From the NCBI GenBank assembly GCA_038891615.1, contig JAWADY010000002.1, forward strand, positions 140,416 to 204,415: a stretch of DNA of 64,000 nucleotides, read 5' to 3'. Source of the DNA: Candidatus Woesearchaeota archaeon. GTDB taxonomy: Archaea > Nanobdellota > Nanobdellia > Woesearchaeales > ARS49. The notes below the pieces were generated by a model. It made no database searches. It had not been told where the DNA came from and saw only the letters and a list, made by a program, of their open reading frames with translations. The translations under genes and the position numbers were made by a program. Below are positions 16,570 through 26,400 of the stretch, piece after piece; positions within the stretch are counted from its first letter, which is position 1, and every line of letters starts with the position of its first letter.

Positions 16570-17286
16570 ATGAACAAGAAAAAGTCAATCCCTTCTTCGA
16601 TTGAAATTGTTAAGGAAGCTGAGAAAACTAATCCAAAAGCTGATATAAATAAACTACATTCTAAAACTTTTGAATTACTCAAAAAATATAGAGAAGAGTA
16701 TTATGAGAATAAAGTAAACACTCTATTCTCTAGAAAGAATTTAGCAAATATTCCAAAAGAAATAGGAATTAAGATTAAAAAAGAGTTATTAAAACCAATA
16801 AAAGTTGACGATAAAATATATAGTAATTTTATGGAGGAAGCATCAAGGAGGATTAGTCAGACATTTCAAGTTATTTCCGGCAATATTGCAGAATTGTGTG
16901 TCGAAAGAGAGTTAATAAAAATTGGATTGAAGCTGGGTATACATTATGTTAAGAAAAAAGAAGGGGCAGATTTTATAATTTATTATCCTCAAAAAAACGG
17001 TTTTAAGAAAAAACATAGGATTGAAGTAAAAAATATTAAATTGAGAGAAAGAGGAATAAGAGGTTTAGCATTTGATGGTGATACAATGATAGGATTCTTT
17101 AACCAACCCTCAGAATTTACTGCTTCAAATATTGAAGTTATAGATAACCATTGTAAGAAGACTAATGGATATTGCTATATCCCTCCAAAAACCTTAAAAT
17201 CGATTAAACATAAAACTTCAAGATTTAAATCAAATATAGAGTTTGCTAAGGATATGAAAAACTTTGTTGAAACTGGTTCTATTTAG
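16570..17286 (+). CDS. putative type II restriction endonuclease (PD-(D/E)xK-like)
   Basis: A/T-rich ORF convergent with, and overlapping by 8 nt, a DNA methyltransferase. 'EGADFIIYY..(12)..HRIEVKNIK' fits a D...ExK nuclease core. Confidence 0.55.
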   Translation: MNKKKSIPSSIEIVKEAEKTNPKADINKLHSKTFELLKKYREEYYENKVNTLFSRKNLANIPKEIGIKIKKELLKPIKVDDKIYSNFMEEASRRISQTFQVISGNIAELCVERELIKIGLKLGIHYVKKKEGADFIIYYPQKNGFKKKHRIEVKNIKLRERGIRGLAFDGDTMIGFFNQPSEFTASNIEVIDNHCKKTNGYCYIPPKTLKSIKHKTSRFKSNIEFAKDMKNFVETGSI

Positions 17287-18151
17287 GCGGCCTCCAAAAA
17301 TCTAAGATATATTCAAAGGTAGTTCCTAATGTTATATAATTACTTGGCCACCCAAATATTCCTGCCCCATTTATTAAATTCCTTCTATCCCAAATTATGA
17401 TATTTCTTAATTCATATCCTGCTTTTTTCATTGCTTCTATAACATAAATGTGAATGGGTATTCTCTTATTTTCCCACCATAAATCAGTTATATTAATGAC
17501 ACAATGAGCTTTTGGTTTTAATATGGGAAGAATTTTCTTGTAAATTTTACCTAATTCTTCTGTATATTGTTCGGGTTCCATAGTTCCTAAATCTCTTGGA
17601 TTATTAGAGTATTGTTGCACTTTCATAAATTGACTATTTAGCCTTTTATCACCTCTTAGGCTCTTATTTAGTCTTGGTCTATTAAGCATATTTGCATATG
17701 GTGGAGAGGTCACACATAAAGAAACAGTTTCTTTTTCTAAATAATCTGGAATGTTTATTGCATCATCGCAAATCATTATTTGTTTAGTTTCATTTGTTAG
17801 ACTTTGTTGCGATAACCTTTTTTGTGCAAAATCAACATATTTTTTATTCAAATCAAACCCGACAGCATTTCTACAAACATCTTTAGCGGCTACTAATGTT
17901 GTGCCTATACCTGCAAATGGGTCTAATACCAATTCTCCCTTATGAGTAAATAATTCTATACATTTTTTAGGTAATGCTATTGGGAAAACAGCAGGGTGTA
18001 TTTCTTTATCTCTTATATCTCTTGTTTCATAAAAAAATTCCCAGATTGCAACCTGATTCTTTAGCCATTCTTTTGGAGTTAAGCAATTAATATGAGTCTC
18101 GCCACATTTACAAGTTCTATTACAATTTATATCTAACTTTTTACTTATCAT
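17279..18151 (-). CDS. DNA methyltransferase (N4-cytosine/N6-adenine family; SPPY motif)
   Basis: 'HPAVFPIALP', 'LVLDPFAGIGTT' (AdoMet motif I), 'CVTSPPYANM' (motif IV), 'NIIIWDR'. Cys-rich N-terminus 'CNRTCKCGETHINC'. Confidence 0.85.
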   Translation of the reverse strand: MISKKLDINCNRTCKCGETHINCLTPKEWLKNQVAIWEFFYETRDIRDKEIHPAVFPIALPKKCIELFTHKGELVLDPFAGIGTTLVAAKDVCRNAVGFDLNKKYVDFAQKRLSQQSLTNETKQIMICDDAINIPDYLEKETVSLCVTSPPYANMLNRPRLNKSLRGDKRLNSQFMKVQQYSNNPRDLGTMEPEQYTEELGKIYKKILPILKPKAHCVINITDLWWENKRIPIHIYVIEAMKKAGYELRNIIIWDRRNLINGAGIFGWPSNYITLGTTFEYILDFWRPPK

Positions 18152-18158
18152 TCTATAT

Positions 18159-18308
18159 TCACGTTTTATTATTTTTATTTAACGGTTTATCCCAATAAGG
18201 GCTTTTACATTTTGGGCATACAGTAGGAACATCTTCGCTTCTTGTTATCCATTCATGCCCGCATCTTTCACATTTGCACTCGTAAACTTTGATCTCCTTT
18301 TTAGCCAT
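18159..18308 (-). CDS. 49-aa zinc-ribbon protein heading the methyltransferase operon
   Basis: Hand-found: MAKKEIKVYECKCERCGHEWITRSEDVPTVCPKCKSPYWDKPLNKNNKT. Its stop is 8 nt before the MTase ATG, and it has its own TATA box at -23. Confidence 0.6.
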   Translation of the reverse strand: MAKKEIKVYECKCERCGHEWITRSEDVPTVCPKCKSPYWDKPLNKNNKT

Positions 18309-18330
18309 ATAAGATTAATTAACTTTATTC

Positions 18331-18338
18331 TTTAAATA
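18331..18338 (-). promoter_or_regulatory. TATA box (TATTTAAA on minus) for the zinc-ribbon/MTase operon
   Basis: Lies 23 nt upstream of the ATG at 18308. Confidence 0.5.
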
Positions 18339-18576
18339 TTTTACTATAATCATATATCATAGCCTAAAGATTTAAATAAATACTTTGGATAATATCACCC
18401 GTCCAAGATGTTAAGGATGTCTATTAAGAAAAATGGCATTAGGATTAATTAGATTGAGCAAAACGAAGAAAATTTAATTTTTTATTTAAATTAGCTCCCG
18501 ACAACGCAACAATACAGTTTTACCAAAAGGTTTAAATATGAGTGTTGCGTAATAGTTTCTAGTTGGTGGTGACAAA

Positions 18577-20352
18577 ATGGGTCTTGTCGAACGCGTGAGA
18601 AGACTTGTAAATGAAAGTGCAAATAGGTTCGGTAACAAGCTTGTTCCTGGTTTTGGCGACTTTCTTACAAGGGATGTTTCTAGTTTGAAAAGGGAATTGA
18701 TGATGGCTGCTGCTACTCCTTTACTTGCTGCTTCAATGATTTTTTCTAATGGCTGCTTTGAAGGTGGGGGTGGCACAAGCACTGTTTTTGATGGCGGAGG
18801 TTCTGGTGGTGGCAATGGTGGCGGTGGCGGCTCTGGTGGCGGAGGTTCTGGTGGTGGCAGTGGTGGCAGCTCTGGTGGTGGCAGTGGTCAGCAAGGAAAC
18901 TACAAGCTTTTTGTTCAAAACCCCCCTGCACCTGTAAAAGGCGCTAAGGTTACTGTTTGGCCAGCTGCACTTTACAATGTTGAGGATGGCACTGGTATTG
19001 AGCCTGTTGCCGACCCAAACACGCCTTATGTTACTGGTGATGATGGAACTGTTTTGCTCAATCTCGATGGACCTTCGCACATAGTTGTTTCTAAAGAAGG
19101 CTATCCTGATGTTGTGCAGTTTAATGTCAAGCCGCTTCAGACAACATCAGCGAATCAGCCAAGATGTCTTGAGTATCTTCTTACGAGCAGTGACAGTGAT
19201 ATAGACTTTTGCAGGCCAGTAGGCCTTAGAAGACCTATAGGTGAAGAGTGCCAAGGAGTGAACTTTCAGGGTCACATAAAGCATGATGGAGAGGTTGTTG
19301 GGAATCAGTATGTGAAAGGCGAGTTTGTAAGCATTATCCTGCGTGGCGAGGTTTCTAACAATAGTCCTTTGCCAGAGACATCTGCGAGTTTTCTTGTGAT
19401 GTATACTGGAACTACTCCTGATCCTAATACCGAGGAGCTTGTTTATCAGGGGCTTGGAGACCCTAGTAAGACTTTGAACATTGTTCGTGGTGAGAAAAAA
19501 GCTAAAAATTTCCTATATCAGATTCCTTTGGATGCTCGTGAAGGCTGGTACAGGATTTATGTGAGCAATGGTTGTTATGCGAATTCTAAAGGGCACTTGA
19601 TTGGTGTCTTTAGGGTGATTCGCGACACAACTCCGCCACAGCTCATTGTCGATCCCTTCAAGGAAGCTTTTTCTAACGAAGCTTTTGTCATGTCTTGCTC
19701 TGTTTATGACCCTCCGCAGGAGGGGACTGTAAGGGCTGCTGGTTTTAGCATCCAAGTTGTTAGCGATGCAACCGTGATTGTTGACAAGGATGCTCGTGAT
19801 GGGATTCTTTCTTCTGATGTTGTTAGCTCAAGCTCGATTTGTGAAATACCAGCGTATGGGGAGGACCTGGAGGGTGTTACTAATAATGATATTAATAAGA
19901 TTGGTAGGAATGCACAAATATATACTTTGACATTCAGGTCTACTGACCTGTCTGGAAATACTGTAACTAAGCAGGCGCAAGCAAAAATATACCTAACAAA
20001 GGCCGAGGCTGACGCACTGGCTGATATCATATACGATGAATTTAATATAGGACCTAACAGCACAATAACATTTCCAGATGATTACAAAAGAGATATAATA
20101 TTACCTTATAGCAGAGGACCGCCTCATAACTTTTTTGTTAACAGGTTTAACTATGGCACACTAGGTGGTACAGGTCATACTTATAATAATCAGAGTCTTA
20201 CAGAAGCAGACAAGATAACCCTCGAATCACACATAAGTTACGCACCACGTGATGGAGATACCGTTAAACCAATTCCGCGTTCAACAGTGCAAGAATTTAT
20301 CAACACATTAAGGGCTTATCTTCAGTTTTTGCATGATAATGGTAAATTTTAA
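18577..20352 (+). CDS. cell-surface protein with Gly/Ser linker (591 aa)
   Basis: N-terminal TM segment with a lipobox-like 'FSNGC', a G/S-rich linker of roughly 40 aa, and beta-rich domains including a 'DTTPPQL' boundary. A GGTGGTGA Shine-Dalgarno-like motif lies upstream. Confidence 0.7.
   Translation: MGLVERVRRLVNESANRFGNKLVPGFGDFLTRDVSSLKRELMMAAATPLLAASMIFSNGCFEGGGGTSTVFDGGGSGGGNGGGGGSGGGGSGGGSGGSSGGGSGQQGNYKLFVQNPPAPVKGAKVTVWPAALYNVEDGTGIEPVADPNTPYVTGDDGTVLLNLDGPSHIVVSKEGYPDVVQFNVKPLQTTSANQPRCLEYLLTSSDSDIDFCRPVGLRRPIGEECQGVNFQGHIKHDGEVVGNQYVKGEFVSIILRGEVSNNSPLPETSASFLVMYTGTTPDPNTEELVYQGLGDPSKTLNIVRGEKKAKNFLYQIPLDAREGWYRIYVSNGCYANSKGHLIGVFRVIRDTTPPQLIVDPFKEAFSNEAFVMSCSVYDPPQEGTVRAAGFSIQVVSDATVIVDKDARDGILSSDVVSSSSICEIPAYGEDLEGVTNNDINKIGRNAQIYTLTFRSTDLSGNTVTKQAQAKIYLTKAEADALADIIYDEFNIGPNSTITFPDDYKRDIILPYSRGPPHNFFVNRFNYGTLGGTGHTYNNQSLTEADKITLESHISYAPRDGDTVKPIPRSTVQEFINTLRAYLQFLHDNGKF
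18793..18888 (+). repeat. GGY-codon tandem low-complexity repeat encoding the (G/S)n linker
   Basis: Reiterated ggtggtggcagt/ggcggaggttct units. This is the source of several spurious ORFs in other frames and on the other strand. Confidence 0.8.
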
Positions 20353-20440
20353 GTGAATTTATTCTACTAAAGTTTTGTGAAGGCTACCAGTTCGAAAAAG
20401 ATTTATAAACAAACTGCAACATTTTTTACACAAAAAGCTG

Positions 20441-23400
20441 GTGGTTGTCTTGTTGAAAAGAGGGGAACTGGGAAGCCTGTTTGCCATCCTTCTTATAGCA
20501 GCCACCCTTTTGTTTGTTTCAAAGAACCCATTGATGGCTAGCAAAACAAACTCAAGCAAGCAGCAATCCTTTGAGAGTGGCCTAACAAGTGCTGCTGTTT
20601 CAGAACAATCAATAGGGTTAGCAGAAGTCGAACCAGAAGTTATCCAAGCTATCCAAGCAGAAGGCAAGGCTCGTGTCATTGTTTTGTTCAAAGACCAAAA
20701 CTCAAGAGATACCCGCAATAGATTCTTTACTGCTCAAGAGATTATTTCTACTCTTGATGCGGCTGAATTTCAGCCCAGGCACAGATTTTCCTCAATCCCT
20801 GGCTTTTCAGGTAACATAAGCATGGCTGGCCTTCAAAAGCTTCGTAACAACCCAGCAATTCAGAGAATTGTCCTAGACCTTCCGGTTTATGCCCTATTAC
20901 AAAACACAGTTCCTTTGATAAATGCAAGCGCTGTTCATGGAATACAGATAGGAGGTCAAAACATAACCGGACAAGGACAAACAATTTGCATTGTCGATAC
21001 CGGCATTGATTATACCCATCCTGACCTTGGCGGCTGTTTTGGAGCAGGGTGTAAAGTTGTGGCTGGTTATGATTTTGTGAATGATGATTCTGACCCCATG
21101 GACGACAATGGGCATGGCACACATGTTGCAGGAATTGCGGCTGCGAATGGGACAATTCGTGGTGTTGCGCCTGGCGCAAGACTTGTTGCAATGAAGGCTT
21201 TAAATTCGATTGGAGGTGGTTCGGCTTCTGACATAGTGGCTAGCATTGATTGGTGCAAAAATAATGCAACCCTTTTTAACATTACAGTGATATCTCTTAG
21301 TCTTGGTGGTGGGGCATTCGATACGCCATGCGACAGCCAGCCAGAGGCAGCTGCTGCTAATGCTGCTGTTGCTGCAGGTCTATTTGTTGCAGCAGCCTCT
21401 GGGAACTCGGGTTCTTCAACATACATAACTTCCCCAGCTTGCGCAAGCAATGTTACAGCAGTCGCTGCAAGCACTAACAGCGATTCAATGGCTCAATTTT
21501 CACAAACAAACAGCCTTGTTGACTTAGTTGCGCCGGGAGTAGGAGTAAATTCAACACGCCTTGGAGGTGGATATTTAATAAATTCTGGAACTTCAATGGC
21601 AACACCCCATGTTGCTGGTACCGCTGCGCTTATGCAGCAATACCAGCGCCTTCAGTCTGGCACAAATCTTACACCTTCAGAGGTAACACAAATCCTTCAA
21701 CGCGAAGCTGGCGCTAAAGTTACTGACAATGATAATGGTCTCACCTTTAGCCGCATTGATGCTTTGAAGGCAGCAAATGCTTTGCTTGTTATCAATCAAA
21801 CAGCTAATAAGGTCGAAAGACCTGGTGCTGGCAGTGTTGTTTTTGATTCGCCCACGGATCTTTCCGGAGCCTCTGCGGCATTTGTAATTGGCAACAACAC
21901 GGTATTCCTAAACTCTTCTGCCTTTCCCAAATTCAATAAATCCGCAACTATCCAGCTATTAAATCTTTTATTTCAAAAAACTCCAGTAGTCTTTAAAGAT
22001 GGTACTTTGTGTCAAACCCCTTTGTGCAACATAACTTCATATTCTTCCGGCACATTGGCCTTCCACGTGGCTGGCTTCACAAATTATAGTGCTGGCGCAA
22101 ATGCCAATCTTGTTGTTTGGGATGAAGGCGATTCTGGCCAGCCTTTTTTTGAGGGACAGCCGAGAGCTGGAAACCCAATAAGTTTTTTCGCAAACTACAC
22201 AAATAGAAGCAGCGGTGCCGTGATACCAAGCGCAAGCTGCAACATAACATATCCAGATGGTAGCAGCGCAATGTCTTTCAACTCAACAAAACAAGTCTTT
22301 GAGCACACGAGAATTTTCGACACTTCGCAGTTCTTTAGCTATCCAGTTACGTGCGCCGACCCTGCTTTTGAACCTCTTACAGCAACCGACTCAATACAGA
22401 TACTCTCCAACAGCAGCGGCTGCACTTATCCTGGACCGAACATAAATTGGACAATCGAAACCGACTCAACAGTCATTTGTGCCAATGAGACGATTCTTCT
22501 AATAAACCAATCAATAAACGTACTTGACAATGCAACATTTATGCTTGATAGTTCTGAGCTTACACTGAATGTAACTCAGAACAACATTTTTAATATTGGT
22601 GTTGCTCCAAACGCAACAATTGTAGTTATAAATTCCCTAATACGTTCTCTTGATTCTTCTGTGAAATTTCGCCTTGATATCTTTGGCTATGGCAACATAA
22701 CAAACTCACTCATCACAAATGGCACTCAGACGTATCTTGGAGGAAACAAGTCCCATTACATAACAAATTCAATTTTTGGAGACCAAGTTAGGGTTTATGA
22801 AAATTCAAACAACTTTTTTACTAATGTGACATTCGCTGCTCCCATACCACCTTCAATAATTTTCTATGATTTATCAAACAACACGCTACAAAACATTTCT
22901 GTTTATGGAGAGGCACAATTTCGTAACAATTCTATAAATCTTATCAGAGATTCGAATTTCACCAATGAAACGCGCTTTATTCAAAATACAACATCACGAA
23001 TAGCCAATAGCAGTTTTAAAGTTGTGCGTTTGGCAAATTCTCCAATCCTGAATTTCACCAATCTCTCAACAATAACGAATGAGATTATGGTTTTGACATT
23101 AGCAACCCCTCTTTTGGACGGGTTTGTCGACATGCCAAATAGCATCGTTCTTCCTTTAGGTGCAGTCATCAATCGCTTCCTGCCAATCCAGGTCCTCGTC
23201 AACGGCACAAACATAACCTTAAGCGGAAGGTCTGTAAACATAACCAACACAACTTCTGGCACACTAGTTAACAATGGCTCAACCGATGCAAACGGATTTG
23301 TCTATCTTAATGCAACCTTTACAAACACAAGTTTCGGAATTGGAAACTTTACTGTTGCCACAAACCCAAGCCAGCCTCTTGGCCTTTTAACCGACACGCC

Positions 23401-26400
23401 AATAATATTGCAGGTTTCTGACACAAACCTTCCAAACATCAGCCTAACCAGCCCTCCCAATAATTCTCTCTTTGCTTCAGGCATTCTCATTGAGCTTAAG
23501 TACATTGCGAATGACACAACTTCTGAATTGGCAAACTGTTCCCTCATTCTTAATTCGGTTTTAAATCAGACTCATACCTCACCGCAAGAGAATACTGAGC
23601 AGACCTTCATAGTTAATCTAGGCGAAGGCACCCATTCTTGGAGGGTTGAATGCACCGACAGCTCTGCACAGGCAAATGTTGGAAGTTCTGAAACAAGAAT
23701 TCTAACTGTTGACGGAACACCACCAAGCGTTTTTGACCCCAAACCAGCACCCAACAGCACCTTCAAGATAGGAACAACCATAGAAGTAGCCGTAAACGCA
23801 ACTGACAACGTAGCAGTTGACACTGTTTATGCCAACATAACCTTACCAAACGGAACACTGCAACAACTCATCCTAGCACTAGCAACAGGGTCTAAATACA
23901 ACAATAGTTTCACAATCCCAGCCCTAACAGGACTGTACAACATAACCTACTTCGCTAACGATACGAGCGGTAATGCAAACACAACAACTACTACAAACTT
24001 CACAGCAACAAATCAGGCGCCAAGTATAACGCTCTACTTCCCCCTTAACAACACGCAGTTTAACAACACGCAAACAGTAACATTCAACTTTAGTGCTATT
24101 GACGACCTGAACACAACGCTATCATGCGGAATATACCTTGATAACATCTTAAACCAGACAAATAGCACAACGCAAAACAACACAGTAACAGAATTCGCAA
24201 TTGAAGGAATAAGCTTTGGTAGTCACACGTGGTTTATTAACTGTACTGATGGAAGCCTAAGCAACGCATCAGAAACAAGAACATTCATCATAGCAGACAC
24301 CCAAGCACCTGGCTGGTCTAACAACAAAGCATTCCCCACCAGCCCGGCAACCTACTCACCAGCACAATCATACCAGTTCAACATTACTTGGACAGACAAC
24401 ACAGGCCTAAGCACAGTCCTTTTTGAGCACAACTTTACAGGTGTTGCTGCAAACTTTAGCCCCACAGGCTTCACTGGTAACACCACAAACAGGGAGTACT
24501 TCTACAACTATGGCCCACTAGCAGCTGGTAACTATTACTGGAAAAGCCATGCTAATGACACAAGCGACAACACCAACAGCACAGCAACATTCTCCTACAC
24601 AGTAAACAAAGCCACGCCCACACTCAACATAAACCTACAGCCAGGCTCAAGCGTTACTTATGGCACAACAACTAATGCTAGCTGCACAGCAAGCACACCA
24701 CAAATAACCCCACAGCTATTCAGGAACGGAACCTTAGTAAGCAATCCTGACGTTGGCGTCCTTGCTGCTGGAAGCTATAACTACACATGCACAGCAACAG
24801 AAACACAGAACTACACAGCACCCACGCCACAACAAGCAATACTGACCATCAACAAAGCAGCAAGCGAGGTAAACCTTACTTTAAATGGTCAGGATGCCAA
24901 CATAACAATTGAGAGAAAAGGAACTGTAAACAAGACAGCTTCAATCATTGTCCCGAATAGTGGTTTTGTCTCGCTTTACGAAAATGGTACATTTATTGGT
25001 GGCGCTCAGAACGTTGTAAGCAACACAACAGCATATACTTCAGTTGGCCTCTTCAACATAACCGCGCGTTACAACGGAAGCCAAAATTATAGCGAATCAA
25101 GTGAAACGCATTTAATTACGGTCCAAGACACAATCCCGCCAGGTGGTGTGCTGAATCTAACAAACACATCTATGAGTGGCGCCTGGGTTTACTGGAGTTG
25201 GGTTAATCCAGTCGATGACGACCTAAGCCACACAGAGGTTTGGGTGGATGGTGTTTTCAAGATAAACATGAGTGCAAACACAACCTCTGGATATAACGCA
25301 ACAGGTCTGTCTGCAGGAGCAAATCACACAATAGCGACAAGGACTGCAGATATTTATGGCAACATCAATATGAGTTGGGTTAACCATACTGTCTGGATAG
25401 AATCAGATACTATTCCGCCAAGCGTTTTTGATCCAAAGCCAGCTCCTAACTCCAGTCAGACTTATGGCTCAACAATCGAAATAGCAGTTAATGTAACAGA
25501 CAATTTTGCAGTGGATGTTGTAAAAGCAAAAATCACTAAGCCAGATGGCAGCCTTCAAACAATCACCCTGTCAAACCTGTTTGGCTCGAAGTATAATTCA
25601 AGCTATGTTCTTGACCAAACAGGAAATTATAGCGTTCAGTTCATCGCAAATGACACAAGCGGAAATGTAAATGATTCTGTCACAACAAACTTCAATTCGA
25701 GTCAGTCCGAAAGCATCGGACGAGGTGGAGGGAGCCGCAAGAGGGATACAACTCCACCTAGGCTTGCTTTTATCGAGCCGCCAACTCCAAAGCACGGGGT
25801 TGTTATTGAGATAGGCGACCTTGCAGAGCTTGAGTTTAGGCTGAACATTACCGATTCTTCAAAAATCGTCAAGGCAGCGCTCGTGTTGAACAATGAAAAC
25901 TATCAGCTCGAGTATCTTGGTGAAACTCTATGGTCTTCGAAGTTAAGACTCAAGCCAGGATATTATGTCTATCAGGCTTTTGCAGATGATGCAGCTGGCA
26001 ACCGTGGGTGGTCTGAAAGAAGAACATTGCAGCTCATTGAGCACATTGAGCAGCCAGTGCCATCACTGCCAACACCTGTCAAAGAGGTTCCTGCTGCCGT
26101 TGCATGGCCAAACAAGACAATCAGTCCAGCGATAATTCCTTCAAAAAACATCTGTCCAACCCTTGAGCTGTTTGTGCTTGTTGTCCTTTTGCTCACAATC
26201 CTTCTTGAGGTAACACGCTTACTTGTGATTCTTCACGCCCAAAAATACAAGCATGATGAAATTAAGTGGCTGCGAATTGTTGTCATTGTTTTAGCAGTGC
26301 TCACTGCTTTCCTACTTTTGATTCACTATCTGGTTTGCAAGCAGCTATTGTTGTTGCCGCTGCTTGGACTTGCGCTTGTTGCAGTTAGCGAGCTTTGGGC

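Noticed and set aside
18486-19080. Several ORFs (18486..18815, 18733..19080, 18746..18931, 18749..18937) rich in His/Arg/Thr or Val/Ala
   Set aside because: They are alternative-frame or antisense readings of the GGY-repeat (Gly/Ser linker) of the 18577..20352 gene, so they are low-complexity artefacts.
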